A program made the translations under genes and the position numbers. From the NCBI GenBank assembly GCA_944325875.1, contig CALVBU010000007.1:26438-90437 (forward strand): a stretch of 64,000 bases of DNA, written 5' to 3'. Shown one piece after another: positions 1 to 8,569 of the stretch; positions within the stretch are counted from its first letter, which is position 1; each line of letters opens with the position of its first letter. The stretch is from Candidatus Gastranaerophilales bacterium (GTDB taxonomy: Bacteria > Cyanobacteriota > Vampirovibrionia > Gastranaerophilales > Gastranaerophilaceae). The notes under the pieces were generated by a model. That model searched no databases and was not told where the DNA came from. It saw nothing but the letters and a program-made list of their open reading frames with translations.

Positions 1-138
1 AAAACAATAGGTTTTGTATTAAATATTTCTAAAGATTTATAATAGAATAAAACTTTACAATAATATTTTGACAAATACTACATTAAAGAGTAAACTTGTA
101 TAATAATTTTACTTTTATTATGGAGTTTAGAATTTAGT

Positions 139-1176
139 ATGGGTTATAAATTTAATTTTGCAGACGCAGACAGGTTGTTTTGTAACATTTTTGATAAATA
201 TGATATCTACGCACCGAAAAAATTTCCCAAACAAGGTAGATATTCTGATACAGACATTATCAAATATGCCAAAATTAATAGCATTAATGAGATTGAATTC
301 CATATCAAATCTGATTATTCTGCAAAAGAAGTCTTAAACCCTATAAATGAAACTCTTTTTTATTTTATAGAAAATGAATTCAGAGAAAGTTCCGCTCCTA
401 AAAAGCCTATTTTATTATTCGCAAGACCTTGTGATATCAATGCAATCGAAATTCAAAGCAAAATTTTCGAAGAAAATGGAGAATTTTCAGATATTTATTT
501 TACGCGAATTAAAAACAATTTAAAATTTGTATTAATGGACTGTAATGGCGGAGATGATACCTGCTTTTGCGTGAGTATGAATTCCAACTTTACAGACAAC
601 TGGGCTATAGCCATAAAACAACTAGAAAATGAATATTTACTATCAATTAAAGATTCTGAATTCACATCAGATTTTGAAAATTGCGAACAAACTGATTTTT
701 CTCCGGAATTTGTTCAACAAAACACACTTTCTGTAAACATTAAAGAAATCCCTAATAAAGAAGTCCTGAACAAACTTAAAGAGCATCCGTTTTGGCTTGA
801 ATATGATAAAAGATGTATTTCTTGCGGTAGTTGTACTGTGTCTTGCCCAACCTGTACTTGTTTCACGACCCGAGACATAATCTATAGCGAAAACCCTAAA
901 GTTGGAGAAAGAAAAAGGGTATATGCATCTTGTCAAATAGAAGGTTTTGACCAAATGGCAGGACAAAAAGAAATTAGAAACAAAGCATCTGAAAGAATGC
1001 GCTATAAAGTGCTTCATAAATATCACGATTACAAAGAAAGATTTAAAACCAAACATATGTGTGTAGGCTGCGGCAGATGTATTCATCGCTGTCCGGAAGC
1101 AATCTCAATAGTTTCAACTTTAGAAAAAATGAATAATGCAATAGATGAAATTTTAAATAAAGATATTCAGGAGTAA
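139..1176 (+). CDS. asrA: anaerobic sulfite reductase subunit A-like Fe-S protein
   Basis: 345-aa ORF with two ferredoxin-type Cys clusters (CISCGSCTVSCPTCTC and CVGCGRCIHRCP). First gene of a tightly spaced asrA/B/C-like triad (3-nt and 24-nt gaps). Size matches AsrA. Confidence 0.75.
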   Translation: MGYKFNFADADRLFCNIFDKYDIYAPKKFPKQGRYSDTDIIKYAKINSINEIEFHIKSDYSAKEVLNPINETLFYFIENEFRESSAPKKPILLFARPCDINAIEIQSKIFEENGEFSDIYFTRIKNNLKFVLMDCNGGDDTCFCVSMNSNFTDNWAIAIKQLENEYLLSIKDSEFTSDFENCEQTDFSPEFVQQNTLSVNIKEIPNKEVLNKLKEHPFWLEYDKRCISCGSCTVSCPTCTCFTTRDIIYSENPKVGERKRVYASCQIEGFDQMAGQKEIRNKASERMRYKVLHKYHDYKERFKTKHMCVGCGRCIHRCPEAISIVSTLEKMNNAIDEILNKDIQE

Positions 1177-1179
1177 CTT

Positions 1180-1983
1180 ATGGTACAGCAAAATCAAAAT
1201 CCAATGATCCCAACTGCATGTAAAATTCTTTCAATTGTTAAAGAAACAGATATTGAATATACTTTTCGTGTAGAAAGCCCATTCCAAGCAAACCATGGAC
1301 AATTTATGCAGCTTTCTATTCCCAAAATTGGTGAAGCACCTATATCAATCTCTGAATTAGGTGATAACTACATGGATTTTACTTTAAGAGCTGTCGGAAA
1401 AGTTACTAATGAAATTTTTGAAAAACAAGTTGGAGATTTCTTATTTCTCAGAGGACCTTATGGAAACGGTTGGCCCTATGAGGAATTAAAAGGGAAACAT
1501 CTCGTATTTATCACAGGCGGAACAGGACTCGCTCCTGTAAGATCATTATTGAACGAATTCTACAATAATATGGATTTAGTAAAATCTATAACACTTATTT
1601 CAGGCTTCAAAAATAAAGAGAGCATCCTATTTAAAGACGAATTGAAAAACTGGCAGGAAAAATTTAGAACATTCTATACGTTAGACAATGACAAAATTGA
1701 AGGTTGGAATAGCGGATTAGTAACTAATTTTGTAAAAGAAATTGATTTTAACTCATTTGATAATAATTATGCAGTAATCGTTGTAGGTCCTCCAATTATG
1801 ATGAAATTTACAGGATTGGAATTAAAAAAACATGATATACCGGATGAAAATATATGGATGAGTTTTGAAAGAAAAATGTCATGTGCGATAGGGAAATGCG
1901 GTCACTGTAGAATTGATGAAACTTATATTTGCTTAGATGGACCTGTATTCCCATATACAAAAGCGAAAAATTTAGTTGATTAA
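1180..1983 (+). CDS. asrB: anaerobic sulfite reductase subunit B-like flavoprotein (FAD/NAD-binding, 2Fe-2S)
   Basis: Ferredoxin-reductase-type fold motifs (ITGGTGLAP) and C-terminal Cys cluster CAIGKCGHCRIDETYICLDGP, typical of the AsrB/PyrK-like family. Lies between the asrA-like and asrC-like genes. Confidence 0.8.
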   Translation: MVQQNQNPMIPTACKILSIVKETDIEYTFRVESPFQANHGQFMQLSIPKIGEAPISISELGDNYMDFTLRAVGKVTNEIFEKQVGDFLFLRGPYGNGWPYEELKGKHLVFITGGTGLAPVRSLLNEFYNNMDLVKSITLISGFKNKESILFKDELKNWQEKFRTFYTLDNDKIEGWNSGLVTNFVKEIDFNSFDNNYAVIVVGPPIMMKFTGLELKKHDIPDENIWMSFERKMSCAIGKCGHCRIDETYICLDGPVFPYTKAKNLVD

Positions 1984-2007
1984 AAATTTACAAGGAATTT
2001 TATTTTT

Positions 2008-3057
2008 ATGAATAAAGATATTGATATAAAAAAATTAAGATTAAATTGCTACAGACAATCAAAAGAAGTCGGCAAATTCATGTTACAAATGCGAGTTCCA
2101 GGCGGATTTATTGACGCTAAATATTTAAGTATAGTTCAACATATCGCCCAAACATACGGAGACGGCAATTTTCACTTCGGTACAAGACAAACTTTCAATA
2201 TAACAGGCATTCCTTATGAAAATATCCCTGAAGTTAACAAATATTTGGAACAATATATCGAAGAAGTTGAAACCTGCCTTTGCGATGTTAATATGAATAC
2301 AATTGCAGGTGAAGAGGCTTACTGGGAACCTCAAAGCGGGTACCCTACAATTGGAGCAAGAAACATTACAGCCTGTATAGGGAATTATCATTGTATCTGC
2401 GGAAATATCAATACTTTTGAACTTGCAAGAAAAATTGAATCAATTATTTTTCCAAGCCACTATCATATAAAAATAAATATCTCAGGCTGTCCTAATGACT
2501 GTAATAAAGCGCATATGTGCGATTTTGGCATAATTGGCGTTGCAAGAATGGAATACCATCCAGAAAGATGTATTGCTTGCGGGGCTTGCGTAAAAGCTTG
2601 TGAAAAAGGCGCAACTCGAGTATTAAGCTTAAATGAAAACTTAGGCAGAATAGAAAAAGATGCATGTTGCTGCGTAGGTTGCGGTGAATGCGTAAGAGCT
2701 TGTCCGACAAGTGCTTGGACAAGACAAGAAACTCCTTTTTACCGAGTAATCATAGGAGGCAGAACAGGAAGACAAACCCCTAGAGCAGGTAAGATGTTTT
2801 TGAATTGGGCTACGGAAGATGTCATTTTAAATACACTTAAAAATTGGCAAAAATTCTCAGCGTACGTTATGGACAACAAACCCGAATACCTGCATGGAGG
2901 TCATTTGATTGATAGAGCAGGATATAAAAAATTCAAAGAAATAATTTTGGATGGTGTAAAATTAAATCCTGAATGCTTAGTAGCTGAAAATATCTTTTGG
3001 GATGAAACTGAATATAGATCCAACTTTAATGTCAAACCTATAAATCTTCACAAGTAA
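2008..3057 (+). CDS. asrC: anaerobic sulfite reductase subunit C-like (siroheme/4Fe-4S nitrite-sulfite reductase family with inserted ferredoxin domain)
   Basis: Cys motifs GCPNDCNKAHMCD, CIACGACVKACE and CVGCGECVRACP. Size and order match AsrC. Confidence 0.8.
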   Translation: MNKDIDIKKLRLNCYRQSKEVGKFMLQMRVPGGFIDAKYLSIVQHIAQTYGDGNFHFGTRQTFNITGIPYENIPEVNKYLEQYIEEVETCLCDVNMNTIAGEEAYWEPQSGYPTIGARNITACIGNYHCICGNINTFELARKIESIIFPSHYHIKINISGCPNDCNKAHMCDFGIIGVARMEYHPERCIACGACVKACEKGATRVLSLNENLGRIEKDACCCVGCGECVRACPTSAWTRQETPFYRVIIGGRTGRQTPRAGKMFLNWATEDVILNTLKNWQKFSAYVMDNKPEYLHGGHLIDRAGYKKFKEIILDGVKLNPECLVAENIFWDETEYRSNFNVKPINLHK

Positions 3058-3098
3058 AATTTGAAAAAAATATTAATAATGTAATTTTAATATTTTTA

Positions 3099-3377
3099 TT
3101 ACTTGCCAAGTTGTTCCAAAATTTTTATTACTTTTGGGTTTTCAACCTTGTAGCATATTTGGTTGCCATTTCTATATCCGGATAGAACTTTTGCATTTTT
3201 AAGAATAGACAAATGCTGTGAAACTGTTGGTTGAGGGACATTTAAACAGTCACTCATTTTGCTCACATTACATTCTGGCTGCAACATCAAATTATATGCA
3301 ATAGTCAATCTTGTCGGATGTGCAAGCGCTTTGAAAATAGCTGTATATTCATTTATATCTATACTTTGATCTTTCAT
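3099..3377 (-). CDS. ArsR/SmtB-family transcriptional regulator
   Basis: 92 aa with a winged-helix signature (FKALAHPTRLTIAYNL ... QPTVSQHLSILKNAKVL). Cys residues at ECNVSKMSDC and QICY. Divergent from the CoADR-fusion gene. Confidence 0.85.
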   Translation of the reverse strand: MKDQSIDINEYTAIFKALAHPTRLTIAYNLMLQPECNVSKMSDCLNVPQPTVSQHLSILKNAKVLSGYRNGNQICYKVENPKVIKILEQLGK

Positions 3378-3420
3378 ATTATGAGAATATTACAATATGC
3401 GAATATTGTCAAACTTTGTA

Positions 3421-3449
3421 TTGACGAATCATAATAATTTTGATAATAT
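3421..3449 (+). promoter_or_regulatory. sigma70-like promoter for the CoADR-fusion gene (TTGACG-N17-TAATAT, preceded by TGn)
   Basis: TTGACG at 3421-3426, TG at 3441-3442, TAATAT at 3444-3449. The ATG at 3493 is preceded by AAGAGG. Confidence 0.55.
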
Positions 3450-3457
3450 AAATATAT

Positions 3458-3473
3458 GAATATACGAATATAC
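3458..3473. promoter_or_regulatory. tandem direct repeat GAATATAC-GAATATAC (candidate ArsR-type operator) just downstream of the -10
   Basis: Perfect 8-mer duplicated head to tail. Related GAATATT copies at 3385-3391 and 3401-3407, the latter inside AATATGCGAATATT (3394-3407). Confidence 0.4.
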
Positions 3474-3492
3474 TAAAATTTAAGAGGTTTAT

Positions 3493-5871
3493 ATGAAAGT
3501 TATAATAATAGGCGGCGGTGCTTGCGGAGCAAGCTGTGCAACAAGGTTAAGAAGATTAGATGAAAATTGTGAAATTACTATATTAGAACGCACTAATGAA
3601 GTTTCGATAGCAAATTGCGGGCTTCCATATTATTGTTCAGACGTAATTTCGGAAAGAGAAAAAATTCTCGTCTCTAATCCTAAAAAATTTAATAATATGT
3701 TTAATATTGATGTTCAATTAAACTGTGAAGTCGTTGAAATTAATAGAAATGAAAAGTATGTACTTACTCAAAATAATGAAAAATTCTATTACGACAAACT
3801 TGTCTTGGCCCAAGGTGCAAACCCGATAAAGCCTCCAATCGAAGGCATAGACAACGAAAATATCTTCACTGTAAGAACATTGGCTGACGCTGATAAAATT
3901 AAAGAATACATAGCTAAAAATAATATTAAAAATGCAGTAGTTGTTGGCGGCGGATTTATTGGAGTTGAGATGGCAGAAAACCTTGCGCATCTTGGAATTG
4001 ATACAAAACTCGTTGAATTATCTGATCAAATTTTAGCCCCTGTAGATTATGAAGTTGCATGTTTTGCTCAAAATGAGATGAGAGGAAACGGTGTAGAATT
4101 AATCTTGTCAGATGGGGTAAAAAGTTTTAGTGAAAATGAAATTTCATTAACATCAGGAAGAAAGATTCCTTATGACATTGCAATTTTATCAATTGGAGTA
4201 AGACCGGAAACCACATTAGCAAAAAAGGCTGAATTGGAAGTTAATCACGGAATTAAAGTAAATGATAACATGCAGACAAATGACCCTGACATTTTTGCAG
4301 GCGGCGACAGCATAGAAGTAAAAAGTTTTGTCACAAATGAAGACGTACTTATTCCATTAGCAGGCCCTGCAAACAGACAAGGACGAATTATTGCCGATAA
4401 TATTTGCGGAATAAATTCTTTGTATAAAAAATCTCAAGGGACATCAGTTTTAAAAGTTTTTGATTACACAGTTGCAGCGGTAGGGTATAACGAAAAACAG
4501 CTAAAAAGAGAAGAAATTCCATATTGGAAAATTTTAACTTTCGGGAACTCACATGCCGGATATTATCCTGATGCAACATCAACTTTGTACAAATTACTTT
4601 TCAATAACGAAGGCAAAATTCTTGGAGCGCAAGCGGTAGGCCAAGATGGAGTTGAAAAAAGAATTGATGTAATCTCTTCTGTAATGAGAAATAACGGAGA
4701 TATTCAAGACTTATTAGATAGTGAATTATGCTATGCTCCTCCATATTCTTCAGCCAAAGATCCTGTAAATATTTTAGGAATGTGTGCAGATAATGTTTTG
4801 AGAGGCTTTGTAAAACCAGCTTTTTATGAGGAGATTTCAGGCTCATTTGTTGTAGATGTGAGAATACCTGCAAGTTTCAATACAAAAACTATCGAAGGGG
4901 CTGTAAATATACCGCTAGCGCAATTAAGGAATAGAGCAGGTGAAATTCCTACTGATAAAAAAGTTATATTAGTTTGTGATTCTGGATATACAAGTTATCT
5001 TGCATCAAGAATTTTAATTCAAAAAGGTTTTAATAATGTCTATTCACTAATGGGCGGAATGAAACTTTACAAAGAAATTCAACGAGATAAAGAAAATAAA
5101 GTTTCACAAAAAATAAAGTCACAGGTACAAGTTCAAGCAAATGAAAATATTTTGAAAGTAGATGCCTGTGGTCTGTCTTGCCCTGGACCGATTATGAAAT
5201 TAGCAGAAAACATTTCAAACATTCAAGATGGTGAAATATTGGAAATTTCATCAACCGATAAAGGCTTTTACGCCGATGTTGAAGCCTGGTGTAGTTCAAC
5301 AAATAATACTCTGTTGAATTTAGATAACAAAGACAAAAAAATAGTTGCAACAATTCAAAAAGGACAGATAACGACACAAAATCAAAATCCAAAAATTCCT
5401 GCCAAAAAAGCTCAGACTATAGTTGTTTTTTCAAATGATTTGGACAAAGCTCTAGCTGCTTTTATTATTGCAAATGGAGCAAAAGCAAGTGGAGCTGAGG
5501 TTACATTATTTTTCACATTCTGGGGCTTGAATATTTTGAGAAAAGATAATATTACCGTAAAAAAATCATTAATAGACAAAATGTTTGGATTTATGATGCC
5601 AAAAGGTGCGGATAAACTAACTCTTTCTAAAATGAATATGGGCGGAATAGGTTCTATTATGATGAAATGGGTTATGAAAAACAAAAACATTTCCACTCTA
5701 AAAGAACTCATCGCCCAAGCACAAGCTAACGGAGTTAAATTTATCGCTTGTCAGATGAGTATGGATGTAATGGGTATTAAAAAAGAGGAACTCCTTGATG
5801 GCGTAGAAATCGCAGGAGTCGCAAAATATATAGCCGAAAGCAGTAATTCAAATTCAAATTTATTTATATAA
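3493..5871 (+). CDS. multidomain CoA-disulfide/persulfide reductase fused to rhodanese, TusA/SirA-like and DsrE-like domains
   Basis: N-terminal GGGACGAS FAD motif and redox Cys in SIANCGLPYY (CoADR type). Rhodanese loop VILVCDSGYTS. TusA motif ACGLSCPGPIMKL. C-terminal DsrE/DrsE-like region (IVVFSNDLDKALAAFIIANGA ... FIACQMSMDVMG). Confidence 0.85.
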   Translation: MKVIIIGGGACGASCATRLRRLDENCEITILERTNEVSIANCGLPYYCSDVISEREKILVSNPKKFNNMFNIDVQLNCEVVEINRNEKYVLTQNNEKFYYDKLVLAQGANPIKPPIEGIDNENIFTVRTLADADKIKEYIAKNNIKNAVVVGGGFIGVEMAENLAHLGIDTKLVELSDQILAPVDYEVACFAQNEMRGNGVELILSDGVKSFSENEISLTSGRKIPYDIAILSIGVRPETTLAKKAELEVNHGIKVNDNMQTNDPDIFAGGDSIEVKSFVTNEDVLIPLAGPANRQGRIIADNICGINSLYKKSQGTSVLKVFDYTVAAVGYNEKQLKREEIPYWKILTFGNSHAGYYPDATSTLYKLLFNNEGKILGAQAVGQDGVEKRIDVISSVMRNNGDIQDLLDSELCYAPPYSSAKDPVNILGMCADNVLRGFVKPAFYEEISGSFVVDVRIPASFNTKTIEGAVNIPLAQLRNRAGEIPTDKKVILVCDSGYTSYLASRILIQKGFNNVYSLMGGMKLYKEIQRDKENKVSQKIKSQVQVQANENILKVDACGLSCPGPIMKLAENISNIQDGEILEISSTDKGFYADVEAWCSSTNNTLLNLDNKDKKIVATIQKGQITTQNQNPKIPAKKAQTIVVFSNDLDKALAAFIIANGAKASGAEVTLFFTFWGLNILRKDNITVKKSLIDKMFGFMMPKGADKLTLSKMNMGGIGSIMMKWVMKNKNISTLKELIAQAQANGVKFIACQMSMDVMGIKKEELLDGVEIAGVAKYIAESSNSNSNLFI

Positions 5872-5872
5872 T

Positions 5873-5910
5873 AAAAAAATGGAGAAATATAAATAATTTC
5901 TCCATTTTTT
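5873..5910. terminator. bidirectional intrinsic terminator between convergent genes
   Basis: Stem ATGGAGAAAT (5879-5888) / ATTTCTCCAT (5896-5905), 7-nt loop, A-run upstream and T-run downstream. Confidence 0.8.
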
Positions 5911-5931
5911 AAATTTAAAATATTTTCTATA

Positions 5932-7299
5932 TTAAACCAAAGTTTCACAAAGAATTGTTTTATTCATTTCATTAAGCATAGACTTAATCTGTTTATATAA
6001 CTTTGAATTAGTTTTTCCAACTGAAGCAATAAGAATTACTTTATTTGAATTTGCGATACTATTTACAAATTCATTTGAAATATCAGCTTTAATAAAATTT
6101 ATATTTCTGATGTTTTCAAATCTTGAAAATATATTATTTGGAATATCTTCAAAAGTAACGATATTAATAAACTTATCCGCATTAGCCAACAATAAAAGCT
6201 TCAAATCAGAAAAATCTTCTTCTAAATTATAAATTACCTTATCTCCAAGCATTGAATAAGTTAGTTTTTTATCAAGACTTTCTGCAAAAATAACAGCAAA
6301 TATTGAAGCTATTGCACCGAAAACAATTCCTAATAAAATATTTGTGAAAAGTTTTGGTGAAGAATATTCAAAATCTCTAAGTTTTTGAGGTTCTTTAAGA
6401 ACTAGAACTTTAGAAGAATCAGACAATTCATCAACCATCTTAGCCCATTCAAGTTTTGAAGATAAAGCTGCAACTTTCTCAGCCTCTTCCGTAATAGCTG
6501 CTCGGGATTTTTGCCCTTGAATTACTTGACCCTTAATATTTGCCATAGCTTGCTGAGCTGATTTAGAAAAAGCACTCATTGCAGACATATTACCAGAAGT
6601 AGCCAAAGCCTGTTCAGGCAATCCGCCGGCACTGTTTAACTTCGTATTCAATGCACTTTTCGCTTTATTATATTCAGCTTCTATAACCTTTTTATCAGAT
6701 TTTGACTTTTCGCTATTAAGTTGCTTATGCAATTCTACATAATTATTGATAATAGAATTTACAACATTGTAAGCTAATTCCGGATCTTTAGATTTGTATT
6801 CAATTGTAATAACATTAGTTCCTTTTTTATTTTCAAAAGAAGGATTTTTCCCTTTACCTAAAAAAGCTGCAGTAGAAATATATTCTCCTTCTTTTTTATT
6901 AGGAATAATTCCCCATTTCTTTTTATAAACAAGATTATTTTCTCGGATAACTTTATCAATCACAAGCGGAGACTGCATCAATTCAAGCTCGTTTATCAAA
7001 GTTCCGCTCCCTCCTGCCATAAGAGCAGTCATACCTCCTCCGACGCCACCCAATTCTTCAATAGCATAAGGATTAATTTCCATCATATTAGTATTATTAG
7101 CTTTATTTATATATAAATCAGAATTTATTACATATTTTTTGGGAGAAATAAACGTTAAAACGACAAAGCATAAAAATATAGCAAGAAACACTTTTGAAAT
7201 TAAAATTTTTCTACTCCATAGAGCAAAAATTATTTTTTTTAAATCAATTGTTAATTCTTCATCTAATTCTTCTTGTGAAATATATACTGATTGTTGCAT
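5932..7299 (-). CDS. Wzz/GumC-like polysaccharide co-polymerase (chain-length determinant) with a P-loop-less C-terminal domain
   Basis: Two TM segments (ILISKVFLAIFLCFVVLTF and LFTNILLGIVFGAIASIFAVIFA) flank a long helical region. The C-terminal ~110 aa resembles the tail of BY-kinases, but no GxxxxGK[ST] motif is visible. Last gene of the glycan operon. Confidence 0.65.
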   Translation of the reverse strand: MQQSVYISQEELDEELTIDLKKIIFALWSRKILISKVFLAIFLCFVVLTFISPKKYVINSDLYINKANNTNMMEINPYAIEELGGVGGGMTALMAGGSGTLINELELMQSPLVIDKVIRENNLVYKKKWGIIPNKKEGEYISTAAFLGKGKNPSFENKKGTNVITIEYKSKDPELAYNVVNSIINNYVELHKQLNSEKSKSDKKVIEAEYNKAKSALNTKLNSAGGLPEQALATSGNMSAMSAFSKSAQQAMANIKGQVIQGQKSRAAITEEAEKVAALSSKLEWAKMVDELSDSSKVLVLKEPQKLRDFEYSSPKLFTNILLGIVFGAIASIFAVIFAESLDKKLTYSMLGDKVIYNLEEDFSDLKLLLLANADKFINIVTFEDIPNNIFSRFENIRNINFIKADISNEFVNSIANSNKVILIASVGKTNSKLYKQIKSMLNEMNKTILCETLV

Positions 7300-7342
7300 A
7301 AAATCTCCTTTTAGCTAATTTTAAAATAAAAGTAATTATATA

Positions 7343-8569
7343 TCAATTAATATTATTCTCCTGACTTTGCGTTGTAAGCAACTTAAATGTAAAACTTGTA
7401 TATCTGTAAGAAACATATATAGCTGCGAGTAAAAAAGCTAACGAAGCACCATATATCCCCAATTTGTATAATATCCCTAACCCAAGTATTGTAAATATGG
7501 TAGCTTCTAATTGCATCGGAATTTTTCTTTTTTGATTACCACTAGCGGTAATATAAGCTCCATATACTGCTGCTTCCGCAACACAAATATTTCCCAACAT
7601 GAGTATTAACAGTATAGGATATGCATTCATATAATATGTTTGTCCATATAATAACAATAACAAATATCGTCCAAAGAACAACATAAATAAAAATAAACCA
7701 ATTGTTATAATTAACATAATTTTCACATTATCTTTTAAAATTTTTTTTATTTCTTCGATATTATTATTAATTAAATCTGGCATCATCTTTTGAACTTGAG
7801 CTGTTATTAATAAACCTATTACAGCAGCAATTGTAAATGCGGAAAAATATAAAGCTGCATCTTCTTTGGGCAAAAAAGTAGATACATAAAGAGATGGAAT
7901 TTGAGCATAAAGGAAATATGCTATTGTAACCCCAATATAAGCCCAAATACTTTTATCAACCATTTTATAAAAACGTTTTAAATTATTAAATACAAGAAAA
8001 TAATTTACTCTCGCAAAATATGAACATTGAATGAAATTTATAAAGCCTAATACAACATTTAATAAAAGAAATTTATATAATGATAATTTTAATAAATATG
8101 AAAAAATTGCAATTAAGGATATTAATAAAGCATAAACAATATTTATTTTAGCAATTGTATTAAATGTTTTTGTCGCTTGAAAATACGGTAAAATAAGAGC
8201 AAAAAATACCCCATCAAAAAATGTCCTAAGTACAACCAAATAAAATAATAAATGACTATCTAATTTAAAAAAAGTTGAAAAAAATGCTATTAGTATACCT
8301 ATAAAAATTGCATTTATCATAAATAAAGAAATTTTTAATTTTACTTCTCTAACATTCGCTTTAGATGAAACCAATATATAGTTTGGATAATCCAAATTAG
8401 CAAACATAAAAAGAAAAATTGCAATATTTTTATAACTTGAAAACAAGCCATAATCATAAACAGGCAAATATCGTGCTATCACAAACAAGATAAGAGTTCC
8501 TGCAATTTGCCTTGCATAAAGGGAGATTTGATAAAGATTAGTTGTAAATAATTTAATTAATTTTTGCAT
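7343..8569 (-). CDS. Wzx-type (MOP superfamily) polysaccharide flippase
   Basis: 408-aa polytopic membrane protein, about 12 hydrophobic segments. Sits in the glycan operon and overlaps the upstream gene by 17 nt. Confidence 0.7.
   Translation of the reverse strand: MQKLIKLFTTNLYQISLYARQIAGTLILFVIARYLPVYDYGLFSSYKNIAIFLFMFANLDYPNYILVSSKANVREVKLKISLFMINAIFIGILIAFFSTFFKLDSHLLFYLVVLRTFFDGVFFALILPYFQATKTFNTIAKINIVYALLISLIAIFSYLLKLSLYKFLLLNVVLGFINFIQCSYFARVNYFLVFNNLKRFYKMVDKSIWAYIGVTIAYFLYAQIPSLYVSTFLPKEDAALYFSAFTIAAVIGLLITAQVQKMMPDLINNNIEEIKKILKDNVKIMLIITIGLFLFMLFFGRYLLLLLYGQTYYMNAYPILLILMLGNICVAEAAVYGAYITASGNQKRKIPMQLEATIFTILGLGILYKLGIYGASLAFLLAAIYVSYRYTSFTFKLLTTQSQENNIN

Noticed and set aside
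68-104. TTGACA (68-73) plus TATAAT (99-104) as the asrA promoter.
   Set aside because: The spacer is 25 nt, far from the 16-19 nt optimum. The two hexamers probably do not work together, and a real promoter cannot be placed confidently here.
667-1086. Antisense ORFs of 60-177 aa listed in the track inside longer genes (for example 667..1086, 13102..13428, 22766..23116, 33029..33364, 56878..57294, 57442..57786, 58451..58984, 60871..61215).
   Set aside because: Each lies wholly inside a longer ORF that has recognisable motifs or a good SD. Their translations are low-complexity (Phe/Ile/Leu/Ser-rich), as expected for the reverse strand of A/T-rich coding DNA. None has a convincing SD or family motif.
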